A DNA stretch of 64,000 nt from NCBI GenBank assembly GCA_963677485.1, contig OY781964.1, forward strand, positions 480,001 through 544,000, read 5' to 3'. How positions within the stretch are numbered: the stretch's first letter is position 1; each line of letters begins with the position of its first letter. This stretch comes from Armatimonadota bacterium. GTDB taxonomy: Bacteria > Armatimonadota > HRBIN16. Below are positions 54,977 through 64,000 of the stretch, piece after piece. The notes beneath the pieces were generated by a model. It saw only the letters and a program-made list of their open reading frames with translations. It did not search any database and was not told the origin of the DNA. Both the position numbers and the translations under genes were made by a program.

Positions 54977-55915
54977 GTGAAACCACTCTATGTCATGGTA
55001 TCGGCGATCATCGCCGCAAGTCTCGTTTCGGGATGCAGTTCACCAAAACAGGGTGCGGACATCAGCAAGCCGAAGGGTAAGCTGATCGGCATCAGCTTCC
55101 AGCACATGAACAACCCGTTTTTTGTTGACCTGGCAGAGGGTGCCCGCAAGGTGGTAGAGGCGCATGGTGACACGCTTGTGGTGCTGGACGCCCAAAGCAA
55201 CTCGCTGAAGCAAAAGAATGATATCTCCGACCTCATCATGCAGAAACCCGCCGCCATCATGATCAACCCGGTCAACTGGGAGGGCATCAAGGGCACTCTC
55301 GTCGAAGCGAAGCGGGCTGGTATACCTGTGATCGTGGTCGACGCCCCTGTGAAAGATCAGTCACTGGTCACATGCACCGTCGCCTCCGACAACGTAAAGG
55401 CGGGCGAACTGGTGGCCGAAGAGCTTGCCAAAAATGTGAGACCAGCGAAGATCGTGATGCTCAAACTCTCCATCAATAAGGCATGCATCGACCGTGTGGA
55501 CGGCTTTATGAAGGTGTTGAAGAAGTATCCCGATATGAAAGTGATTGATGAGCAGGAGTGCAAAGGCACGATTGAGAGCTCACGGCCTGTGATGCAGGAC
55601 CTTATCGGACGGCACCCAGATGTGAATGCCGTGTTTTCCATCAATGACCCCAGTGCCCTCGGCTGCGTTTCAGCCCTGGAATCGGCTGGTAAGCTCAAGA
55701 ATGTGAAGATCGTGGCGGTGGACGGCTCCAAAGAGGCGATCAACGCCATTAAGCAGGGCAAGATGCTGGCAACCTCGGCCCAGTTCCCCAAGGAGATCGG
55801 CAAGACCGCCACCGAGAAGCTCTACGAGTCCTTGGCGGGTAAGAAGATCGCGAAAGAAATCAAAGTGCGGGTGGAGTTGGTTACTAGTAAAAATGCCGAT
55901 CAATTCAACAAGTAA
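54977..55915 (+). CDS. Monosaccharide ABC transporter substrate-binding lipoprotein (RbsB-like)
   Basis: Lipobox VSGC; 'NNPFF', 'AGIPVIVVD', 'VASDN..AG', 'ND..ALG', 'VDG'. Confidence 0.9.
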   Translation: MKPLYVMVSAIIAASLVSGCSSPKQGADISKPKGKLIGISFQHMNNPFFVDLAEGARKVVEAHGDTLVVLDAQSNSLKQKNDISDLIMQKPAAIMINPVNWEGIKGTLVEAKRAGIPVIVVDAPVKDQSLVTCTVASDNVKAGELVAEELAKNVRPAKIVMLKLSINKACIDRVDGFMKVLKKYPDMKVIDEQECKGTIESSRPVMQDLIGRHPDVNAVFSINDPSALGCVSALESAGKLKNVKIVAVDGSKEAINAIKQGKMLATSAQFPKEIGKTATEKLYESLAGKKIAKEIKVRVELVTSKNADQFNK

Positions 55916-57416
55916 ATCCAGCTTACTTGAGATCAGGGGAGTCTCCAAGCTCTTCGGTGGAGTCGCCGCTCTCCGTGAGGTGAGCTTCGAGCTTCGCGGT
56001 GGCGAGATTCATGCCCTTCTAGGCGAGAACGGCGCGGGTAAGTCGACGCTGATCAAGATTCTCGCCGGTGTGCATCTGCCCGACGCCGGTGAGATCATCA
56101 TAGATGGCCAGAGAGCGGCCATAAGCTGCGTATCCGATGCTGACCGCTACGGAATACGGGTGATCCACCAGGAGCTCTCGCTCGCGCCAAACCTCTCGGT
56201 GGCGGAGAACATATACCTGGGCCGTGAGCCCGCCCAAGGAGGGTGGCTGAACCGGCGCAAAATGTTCGATGACGCGCAGCGGCTTGTCGAACAGCTCGGC
56301 CTCACCGATATCGGCAGCGTCGGTGCTCTGGTGTTGGAACTGAGTGTGGCACAACGCCAGTTGGTGGAAATCGCCCGAGCGCTTTCGGCTCAGGCCAAGA
56401 TACTAGTGCTGGATGAGCCGACCTCCTCCCTGTCCGAATCGGAAACCGAAGCGCTCTTTGAGACCCTGCGCCGATTCCGCTCGCAGGGGGTCGGCATCAT
56501 CTATATCTCGCACCGGCTGGACGAAATCATCCGCATATCTGACCGCATCACGGTGCTGCGTGACGGCTGTTCCATAGGCACGCAGGACACTGGGTCAGTC
56601 AACCAGCAGCAACTGGTCACATGGATTGTCGGGCGCGAGATCGTGGACTACTTCCATCGCCCCGCCCACAACCCGTCTGGCGTCGCGCTGGAGGTCAAGC
56701 ACCTGGTTTCGGATCAGGTTCATGACGTGAGCCTGCAGGTCAGCTACGGGGAGATACTCGGCATCGCCGGGCTGGTGGGTGCCGGTCGATCTGAGCTGGT
56801 GCGTTCGATATTCGGCATCGACCGGCTGAAGACCGGTGAGATACTGGTCGATGGCAAAGCCGTTGCCATCTCCTGCCCGCAGAACGCCCTGGACGCAGGC
56901 ATTGTGCTCGTGCCCGAAGAACGTCGCAAGGAAGGGCTGGTGATGATTGAGTCTGTGGCATTCAACCTCACGCTGCCCTGGACGAAGGAGTGGAACCCCT
57001 CGTTCTTGCCCAATGCACCCTTGCGCCTGAAGATGATCAAGAAGGCGGTCGATGATTTCGCAATCAAGACGCCAGATGTCTGGCAGAGGGTGGACGGTCT
57101 GTCAGGCGGCAACCAGCAGAAGGTGCTTGTCGGCCGATGGATGGAGCACCGTCCGAAGGTGCTGATCCTTGATGAACCGACCCGCGGGGTGGATGTCGGG
57201 GCCCGGGAAGAGATGTTCACCATCATCAGCGGGTTGGTAGAGCAAGGCATGGCGGTGATACTTATCTCTTCCGACCTGGCCGAGGTGATGAACATGTCAC
57301 ACAGGATCGCGATCTATTCAGACGGGCAGATACTCGAAACGCATGACGCGCAAGCGGTCACACCGCAATATGTGATGGAAAAACTGACGGGGGCACGCAC
57401 CAATGATGAAAGCTAA
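55893..57416 (+). CDS. Monosaccharide ABC transporter ATP-binding protein (RbsA-like)
   Basis: 'GENGAGKST', 'LDEPT' twice, 'LSGGNQQK'. Confidence 0.93.
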   Translation: MPINSTSKSSLLEIRGVSKLFGGVAALREVSFELRGGEIHALLGENGAGKSTLIKILAGVHLPDAGEIIIDGQRAAISCVSDADRYGIRVIHQELSLAPNLSVAENIYLGREPAQGGWLNRRKMFDDAQRLVEQLGLTDIGSVGALVLELSVAQRQLVEIARALSAQAKILVLDEPTSSLSESETEALFETLRRFRSQGVGIIYISHRLDEIIRISDRITVLRDGCSIGTQDTGSVNQQQLVTWIVGREIVDYFHRPAHNPSGVALEVKHLVSDQVHDVSLQVSYGEILGIAGLVGAGRSELVRSIFGIDRLKTGEILVDGKAVAISCPQNALDAGIVLVPEERRKEGLVMIESVAFNLTLPWTKEWNPSFLPNAPLRLKMIKKAVDDFAIKTPDVWQRVDGLSGGNQQKVLVGRWMEHRPKVLILDEPTRGVDVGAREEMFTIISGLVEQGMAVILISSDLAEVMNMSHRIAIYSDGQILETHDAQAVTPQYVMEKLTGARTNDES

Positions 57417-58383
57417 TGGCAAAACCACGACATCTGCGCTGAGGAAGATTGCGCCGTTGCTTCTGGCGGTGGTGGCGTTGGAGGCTTTCTTCGCCATGCG
57501 GATCCCCGGATACCTTAATCCAAACAACCAGATCGACCTCCTGCAGCAAATATCCGTCAATGCGATCATCGCCTTCGGCATGACCTTCACCATTTTGATC
57601 GGCGGCATCGACCTGTCGGTCGGCGCGGTGCTGGCTCTGGTAGGCACCGCCACCGTATCGATCATGGCGATGGGCAGCCCTTCGGCATCGCCTGTTCTCC
57701 AAATGCTGCTCGCACTTGGCGGGGGGCTTGGCATCGCCGCGCTGTTCGGGCTCTTCAATGGGATACCCGCTGCCAAGACCAGGATGCCGGCGTTTGTGAT
57801 CACCTTGGCTATGATGATGCTGGCACGAGGCGTGGCCTACCGGTTCAACGACGCCAAACCGATCGCGGTACCCGACAACGCCGGGCTGTTCCTGGCATTA
57901 GGCAATGCGCGGATATTTGGTGTAATCCCGGTGCCGGTGATTGTGATGCTGGTGATTTTCGCTCTGGCCGCGCTGCTTCTGCACCGCACCCGCTTCGGTC
58001 AGCACCTCTACGCCATTGGCGGGAACCGCGAAGCGGCACGGTTCACGGGCATTAACATCGTGCGCACGGAAATATGGGTCTATCTGTTGTGCTCTGTGAT
58101 GGCTGGCATCGCAGGCATTATCAACGCCTCCCAGCTCTACTCAGCGGAACCTTCCTCAGGACAGGGTTTCGAACTCAACGCGATTGCCGCAGCCGTCGTG
58201 GGCGGCACCAGCTTCACCGGCGGGATTGGCACCATGTACGGCACGCTGGTCGGGGCCATCATCATCGGCATTCTGGACAAAGGGCTCAACCAGGCCGGGG
58301 TCCACTTTTCGATTCAGTATATCGTCAAGGGCCTGGTGATCCTTACGGCGGTGTATATGGATGTTCGCCGCAACCGCGTGTGA
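57403..58383 (+). CDS. Monosaccharide ABC transporter permease (RbsC-like)
   Basis: 'GGIDLSVG', 'TRFG..LYAIGGN.EAA', 'ELNAIAAAVVGGTS..GG.G'. Confidence 0.93.
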   Translation: MMKANGKTTTSALRKIAPLLLAVVALEAFFAMRIPGYLNPNNQIDLLQQISVNAIIAFGMTFTILIGGIDLSVGAVLALVGTATVSIMAMGSPSASPVLQMLLALGGGLGIAALFGLFNGIPAAKTRMPAFVITLAMMMLARGVAYRFNDAKPIAVPDNAGLFLALGNARIFGVIPVPVIVMLVIFALAALLLHRTRFGQHLYAIGGNREAARFTGINIVRTEIWVYLLCSVMAGIAGIINASQLYSAEPSSGQGFELNAIAAAVVGGTSFTGGIGTMYGTLVGAIIIGILDKGLNQAGVHFSIQYIVKGLVILTAVYMDVRRNRV

Positions 58384-58412
58384 GCTTGCCGCAAGGGTGG
58401 GTGATGCCTGCT

Positions 58413-60191
58413 TTACCCCTGTTTCCAACCGATCGTTCCATAAAGGTCATCATCGTAATTCAGATACCAGGCCCAGTCGGATGCGCTGCGACCTGTGTTG
58501 TCGGTGATATCCGGGTTTGCACTATGCTCCATAAGCCAATAAGCATACTCTCGGTTGTCGGTGACCGCAGCCCATATGAATGGCGTCATACCGCGATGAT
58601 CGCGCCTGTTGATATCCCCGCCTCGATCGAGTAGGAACTGAGCAGTCTCTGTGTCAATATCATATGCATAATGCAGCAGACTTTTCCCTTCACTGTCCAG
58701 ATTCAAAGGGTCGACACCATGCGAGACGATGAACCGGACGATAGACCACCTACCATATTTGGCATGATCAAATACGGGCTGCTCCCTGCCAATACCATGC
58801 CGTGTGAGATCAATACCATGGTCGTATAGTAGTTGCGCGGCCTCAATGCAGCCAACACTGTTCAATTCTGTTTCGTTCCACTCGTTCAGCTCATTGATAT
58901 CTGCTCCGAAACTCTGAACGAGGGTGAGATATTCGTCCGTGTAGTCTAGATATGGCACACTCCAGTATATGTGATACACAGGCAACACTGGCTGTGCGCC
59001 CATCTCTAGCAGCCGCGTAATGAACGACATCGGCGCTCGATTACGACAAGCTAAGGCGAGAGGTGAATAGCCGATATTTATTGGGAGTTGGGGGTCATAA
59101 CCGGCGTCCAGCAAGCGCAACGCAAACTCGTAACGCTTTCGCATGATCGCATGGTGCAGCAGCGTCGTTCCATCGGACGCTTGCAACTCCTTCCACTTTG
59201 CTAGTTCCTCAATAGGGGTATCATCGGGCAGTTCGAATGGATATGGATACTGTTTTGTACTCGCCGACTCGATTCGCTCCAACACCTGGCTATCACGCAC
59301 CTCGCAGTTTCTAAAACTGTAGAGACGTGAGATCTGCAACAAGGTGCTCCCATGTTTGTTTTGCATATATGGATCGGCACCTTTATCGAGCAGATAAGGC
59401 AGCATCTCTGGATGAAACAAATAAGCGGTATGGAGAACACTGTCACCATTGTCAGAGCGAATGTCAATCGGCCATCCCTTTTCAAGCAGATATGCAACCC
59501 CCTCAAGGCATCCCTCCTTGATCAGTAAGTGCATCGCGGTTTTTCCATACTGGTCTTTTTGGTCTGGAGTGACACGGTCCAGCAGAGCTCGGTGGATATC
59601 CCCAAACGGGATGCGATCCTGCGTGTCATACTGAACACGCATCAGCAAGTAGAGACACATTTCAAACACGCAGAACTGTTTTTCATCCAGGCGCGAGAGA
59701 TTCAACCAATCGCTCCAGAAAGGGTAATGGCGTTCTCCTACACGCATGGGATCTGCTCCTAACGCCAGCAGCATGTTGACGATGTTAATGTCCTGGGTAC
59801 TCACCGCGCTTTCCAGCAGCGAATCACCAAGGCATGGGTCCAGTGCGTTGACAGCGGCACCATGTTCCAGCAGGAACCAGACTGTCTCCCATTGATTATC
59901 ATGGGAAGCCACGATGGTATATGGTGATAACTCCGTGCTGCAACCAGCCGGATCGACACCCAAATTCACCAGGTGTTTCACTACATCGAGATGCCCATGA
60001 CAGGCATACCACATGGGCGCGTTATAGTGATATGGGTTATCTGTGAAGTTGATGCCTAGCTCCCAGAGTGCCGTTATGAGATCGAGGTTCTCCTCAGACA
60101 CGGCATCACCAGCCATGTCCCATAACTGCCTGTTTGTCAAGTTGTCAGCGGTGATCTGACGTCTAAGATAGTCTATGTGTTCGCGGTTCAT
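58413..60191 (-). CDS. Ankyrin-repeat protein, paralog 3
   Basis: Many 'G.T.LH.A', 'LL..GAD.N' ankyrin motifs; N-terminus shared with the two upstream genes. Confidence 0.85.
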   Translation of the reverse strand: MNREHIDYLRRQITADNLTNRQLWDMAGDAVSEENLDLITALWELGINFTDNPYHYNAPMWYACHGHLDVVKHLVNLGVDPAGCSTELSPYTIVASHDNQWETVWFLLEHGAAVNALDPCLGDSLLESAVSTQDINIVNMLLALGADPMRVGERHYPFWSDWLNLSRLDEKQFCVFEMCLYLLMRVQYDTQDRIPFGDIHRALLDRVTPDQKDQYGKTAMHLLIKEGCLEGVAYLLEKGWPIDIRSDNGDSVLHTAYLFHPEMLPYLLDKGADPYMQNKHGSTLLQISRLYSFRNCEVRDSQVLERIESASTKQYPYPFELPDDTPIEELAKWKELQASDGTTLLHHAIMRKRYEFALRLLDAGYDPQLPINIGYSPLALACRNRAPMSFITRLLEMGAQPVLPVYHIYWSVPYLDYTDEYLTLVQSFGADINELNEWNETELNSVGCIEAAQLLYDHGIDLTRHGIGREQPVFDHAKYGRWSIVRFIVSHGVDPLNLDSEGKSLLHYAYDIDTETAQFLLDRGGDINRRDHRGMTPFIWAAVTDNREYAYWLMEHSANPDITDNTGRSASDWAWYLNYDDDLYGTIGWKQG

Positions 60192-62002
60192 TCCTCATCC
60201 TCCTCGTCTACTGTCTCGCCACTGAGCTCATTGAGATAATCGTCCCTATACATGACATAGCTGGCCCAATCACACGCATTGCGTCCGCTGCTGTCGATAA
60301 TGGTCACATCCGCACCGTGTTGATATAACCAGTCATCGATGGTGGCGAAATCAGCGATCGCCATATACACGAGTGGGGTCATACCATATTGATCTTGCCC
60401 ATTGATGTCGACCCCGGCGTCCAGCAGCATCTGAGCCATCTCTTCAGTTAAGTGTTTCGGAAAATGCAACAGACTTTTGCCTTCACAGTCACGACTAAGC
60501 GGGTCGGCACAGTGTTCTATCAAGAACCGAACTATCTCCCAGTCACCATTAGATGCATAGTATATTACAGGCGGATCTGCCCCTTCACCATGCAAACAGG
60601 GATCACCGCTGCAGTTGAGAAGTATCTCGGCCGTCTCAGTATTGAGTAGGTGATGCCAGGCGGTATACCCGCAATCGTCTAGCTCGTTAATGTCTGCTCC
60701 GTGTTTTAGTAGGAGCTCCAGCAGACACTTATATTTGTCAACATTTCCCTGTAGGTGATATCCATGATGGCTTGGCATCTCCGGTTTCGATCCGGCAGCC
60801 AGAAGGTCCTTTATCAATTCGATGGGCGATGATACCTGGTAGGCCATCTCAAGTGGCGTATATCCGCGGCTATAGTTGAGAAAAGGGTTGAATCCGCGGT
60901 GATTCGCCAAATTGGGGTTGAAGCCAGCCTGAAGTAACCTGTGCACTAACTCGGTGTCGCTCTTCATGACGGCATGGTGCAGCATCGTGGTTCCATCGGA
61001 CGCCTGTACATCACGCCACTGGACAAGCTCATCGGATGTGATGGCAGGAGGCACATCAAATGGGTAAGGATACGGGTATTCGTCCGCATGAGATAGAGTG
61101 ATCTGCTCTCTCTGCGCACGATACCGGTCTCTATAGTCAAAAGGCAGCATATTTGCGATCTGGAAAGGCGTTTCCCCGGATTCATTAGTCGCTTGTGGAT
61201 CGGCACCGCATTGCAGCAGGAAAGATAACATTGGGGGGTTATAAAGCACTGCGATATGGAGTGGACTGTAGCCTTGCTCTGAACGAGCGTTGATATCCCA
61301 TCCTTTCTCTAGAAGGTAGCTGACCCCCTCTTCGCTACCCAGCTTAACTAGAAGGTGGATCGCCATGAGCTCATCAGCGTCACGCTGATCAGGGGTGACA
61401 TGGTCGAGTAGTGCTGCCAGAATATCATTGAAGAGCACAGGGGTATCATACCGTGATTTGAAAGCCCAGAGGCATTGATCAAATACGCAAAACACCTCTT
61501 CTTCGGGCAGGCAATGCCTCTCACCCCAATAAGAATACTCGCACTCCCCAACACGCATCGGATCAGCTCCAAGATCGAGAAGGTGTGTCACAACATCTAG
61601 GTTGTATTCCCTGCATGCGATCCCAAGTAGCGAACGACCATAACTCAAATCCAGGGCATTGATATCTGCCCCGTGTTCCAGCAGGAACCAGACAATCTCC
61701 CACTGATTATCTTCTGCAGCTTCGACGGTATATGGTCGTAGATTGACACTGCTTCCCGCCGGGTCGACACCCAGACCCACCAGGTGTTTCACCACATCCA
61801 GATGCCCTGAACAGGCACTACTCATGGGTGAATCACAGTGGTACGGGTTGTCAGTGAAGTTGATACCTAGCTCCCAGAGTGCCGATATGAGATCGAGGTT
61901 CTCCTCGGATACGGCATCGCCAGCCATGTCCCATACCTGCCTGTTTGTCAGGTTGTCAGCGGTGATCTGCCGCTTGAGTTCGTCTATCGGTTCGCGGTTC
62001 AT
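60188..62002 (-). CDS. Ankyrin-repeat protein, paralog 2
   Basis: Ankyrin motifs; ATGA overlaps on both sides. Confidence 0.85.
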   Translation of the reverse strand: MNREPIDELKRQITADNLTNRQVWDMAGDAVSEENLDLISALWELGINFTDNPYHCDSPMSSACSGHLDVVKHLVGLGVDPAGSSVNLRPYTVEAAEDNQWEIVWFLLEHGADINALDLSYGRSLLGIACREYNLDVVTHLLDLGADPMRVGECEYSYWGERHCLPEEEVFCVFDQCLWAFKSRYDTPVLFNDILAALLDHVTPDQRDADELMAIHLLVKLGSEEGVSYLLEKGWDINARSEQGYSPLHIAVLYNPPMLSFLLQCGADPQATNESGETPFQIANMLPFDYRDRYRAQREQITLSHADEYPYPYPFDVPPAITSDELVQWRDVQASDGTTMLHHAVMKSDTELVHRLLQAGFNPNLANHRGFNPFLNYSRGYTPLEMAYQVSSPIELIKDLLAAGSKPEMPSHHGYHLQGNVDKYKCLLELLLKHGADINELDDCGYTAWHHLLNTETAEILLNCSGDPCLHGEGADPPVIYYASNGDWEIVRFLIEHCADPLSRDCEGKSLLHFPKHLTEEMAQMLLDAGVDINGQDQYGMTPLVYMAIADFATIDDWLYQHGADVTIIDSSGRNACDWASYVMYRDDYLNELSGETVDEEDEE

Positions 62003-63780
62003 TCCTCATCCTCGTCTACTGACTCGCCACTGAGCTCATTGAGATAATCGTCCCTAGACCTGGTATAACTGGCCCAATCGCATACATTACGCCCGGTGTT
62101 GTCGGTAATGGTAACGTCAGCACCGTGTTGATACAGCCAACCATCAATGGTGGCCAGATCATCGATAGCCGCATACATGAATGGCGTCATACCATATTGA
62201 TCTTGCCCATTGATGTCGACCCCGGCATCTAGCAGCACCTGAGCCATCTCTTCGGTCAAGTCTTTAGGATAGTGCAGCAGGCTTTTGCCTTCACGGTCAT
62301 GGCTGAGCGGGTCGGTGCCGTGTTCTATTAGGCACCGGACTATCTCCCAGTCACCATCGGCTGCGTGATGCAGTATCGGCGGATCAGCCTCCCCACCATG
62401 CAGACAAGGATCACAGCCGTTATTTAACAGAATCTCAGCCGCCTCAGTACTTAGTGCGTAGTGCCAGGCTGTTCGTCCAAACTCATCCTGCTCGTTGATG
62501 TCTACTCCGTGTTTTTGAAGAAGCTCCAGCAGGCATTTGAAATAGTCAGCATCTCGCTGCAGGTGATATGTGTAATGGCCTGGCATTTCGGGTTTGGCCC
62601 CTGCGATCAAGAGTTCATCAACCAAAGCGATGTGTGACGGTGCCTGGTAAGCGATTTGAAGCGGGGTATATCCGCGGTTAATGGCCAGATTAGGGTTGAA
62701 GCCAGCTTGAAGTATCTTGCGCAACAACTCGATGTCGTTCTTAATGATGGCATGGTGCAACATCGTGGTGCCATCGGATGCCTGAATATCTCGCCACCGG
62801 GCAAGCTCACTGGATGGTGTAACATCATATGGGTAAGGATACGGGTATTCAACGACAGGTGACAGAGTGATATGCTCCGTCTGCTTACGATACCGCTCAT
62901 CAAACGGGGTAGTCAGCAAGTTGGCAATCTGGAAAGGTGTTTCCCCGAACTCATTGGTCGCCAGTGGATCGGCACCGCACTGCAGCAGGAAGGATATCAT
63001 TGAAGCATTGTCAATGACAGCAACATGGAGTGGACTATATCCCTGCTCTGTGGGAGCGTTGATATCCCATCCCTTCTCAAGAAGATAGCCGACCCCTTCT
63101 TCGCTGAACCGTTTAACAAGAAGGTGAATCGCCGTCAGCCCTTCAGCGTCATGCTGATCAGGGGTGACACGGTCGAGTAGAGCTTTCAAAATATCATCGA
63201 AGAGCACAGGTGCATCAAACCGGTGTTCGGTCTTCAATGCACAGATACAATCATCTAGCACGCAGAAGTCGACACTGTCGGGCAGGCAATGTCTCTCGCT
63301 CCAGTAGGTATATACACACCTCCCCACACGCATGGGATCGGCACCCAGCTCAAGAAGGCGGATCACTATGTCAAGATTGCGTTCTCGGCATGCAAACTGG
63401 AGTAACGAAAATCCATCGCACAAATCCAAGGCATTGACATCCGCACCATTCTCAAGAAGGTACCATACTATGTCCCAATACTCGCATGTCGCAGCTTGAT
63501 ATGTATATGGTCGATGTTCAGCATCGCAACCAGCCGGATCGACACCCAGGCCCACCAGGTGTTTCACCACTTCTAGATGCCCAAGACATGCATGATTCAT
63601 GGGTGAAAAACTACGGTAGGGATCATCTATGAAGTTAATACCCAGTTCCCAGAGTGCCGATATGAGATCGAGGTTCTCCTCGGATACGGCATCGCCAGCC
63701 ATATCCCATAATTGCCTGTTTGTCAGGTTGTCAGCGGTGATCTGCCTCTTGAGTTCGTCTATGTGTTCTCGGTCCACCAT
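61999..63780 (-). CDS. Ankyrin-repeat protein, paralog 1
   Basis: Ankyrin motifs; start overlaps the upstream GH5 stop (TAATG). Confidence 0.85.
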   Translation of the reverse strand: MVDREHIDELKRQITADNLTNRQLWDMAGDAVSEENLDLISALWELGINFIDDPYRSFSPMNHACLGHLEVVKHLVGLGVDPAGCDAEHRPYTYQAATCEYWDIVWYLLENGADVNALDLCDGFSLLQFACRERNLDIVIRLLELGADPMRVGRCVYTYWSERHCLPDSVDFCVLDDCICALKTEHRFDAPVLFDDILKALLDRVTPDQHDAEGLTAIHLLVKRFSEEGVGYLLEKGWDINAPTEQGYSPLHVAVIDNASMISFLLQCGADPLATNEFGETPFQIANLLTTPFDERYRKQTEHITLSPVVEYPYPYPYDVTPSSELARWRDIQASDGTTMLHHAIIKNDIELLRKILQAGFNPNLAINRGYTPLQIAYQAPSHIALVDELLIAGAKPEMPGHYTYHLQRDADYFKCLLELLQKHGVDINEQDEFGRTAWHYALSTEAAEILLNNGCDPCLHGGEADPPILHHAADGDWEIVRCLIEHGTDPLSHDREGKSLLHYPKDLTEEMAQVLLDAGVDINGQDQYGMTPFMYAAIDDLATIDGWLYQHGADVTITDNTGRNVCDWASYTRSRDDYLNELSGESVDEDEE

Positions 63781-64000
63781 TAATACCTCTTTAATAACTC
63801 CAGCATCTTGCGGTCAAGTTTGTCGCTGCCCATCTGCTCGTATTGCACATCCTTGCGGTTGCTGTTGATGATGCCGAAGTCACCGCGCAGGTTCCACAGT
63901 GCCCAACCCATGTTGGCTTGCTTGAAGGCGCGCAGGCTATCCTCCATGAATCGCAGCGTCAGATTGTGCGGCACGGCGGAAAACACGCCCCATTCGCCGA
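63780..64000 (-). CDS. C-terminal end of a GH5 (cellulase-family) glycoside hydrolase, partial
   Basis: 'GEWG', 'GWALWNLRGDFGI..S.R.DV.YE...KLDRKMLELL'. Confidence 0.75.
   Translation of the reverse strand, partial: GEWGVFSAVPHNLTLRFMEDSLRAFKQANMGWALWNLRGDFGIINSNRKDVQYEQMGSDKLDRKMLELLKRY

Noticed and set aside
54977-58383. Assigning rbsB/rbsA/rbsC and ribose specificity
   Set aside because: The family is clear, but no rbsD or rbsK is adjacent and the substrate cannot be read from the sequence.

Overview
Bacterial chromosomal window, by inference from a Terrabacteria-type carbohydrate specialist such as Armatimonadota. The basis is rplU-rpmA-obgE-proB synteny, an Obg with a C-terminal extension, and many DUF4838, beta-helix and UroD-family genes. 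About half the window is carbohydrate catabolism: two DUF4838 proteins, an apionate-lactonase-like protein, GH2, a GH14/42-like fusion, GH20-like, GH39-like, GH110-like, two further beta-helix proteins, a six-hairpin glycosidase, a partial GH5, a sugar epimerase, three UroD/MtaA-family genes and an Rbs-type ABC transporter. Housekeeping genes are pyk, a lipoate ligase-family gene, two ferredoxins, prmA, rsmE, proB, obgE, rpmA and rplU. There are two tandem paralog arrays: an A-B-A-B-A array of secreted beta-propeller proteins (13.1-20.9 kb) and three ankyrin-repeat genes (58.4-63.8 kb). The intergenic DNA carries several repeat families. The most unusual is a pair of modular composite repeat clusters (36947-37311 and 39027-39562) in direct orientation around a 1.7 kb two-gene cassette. 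No rRNA, tRNA, CRISPR array, transposase or integrase was recognised. Product calls come from motif recognition by eye, not database searches.
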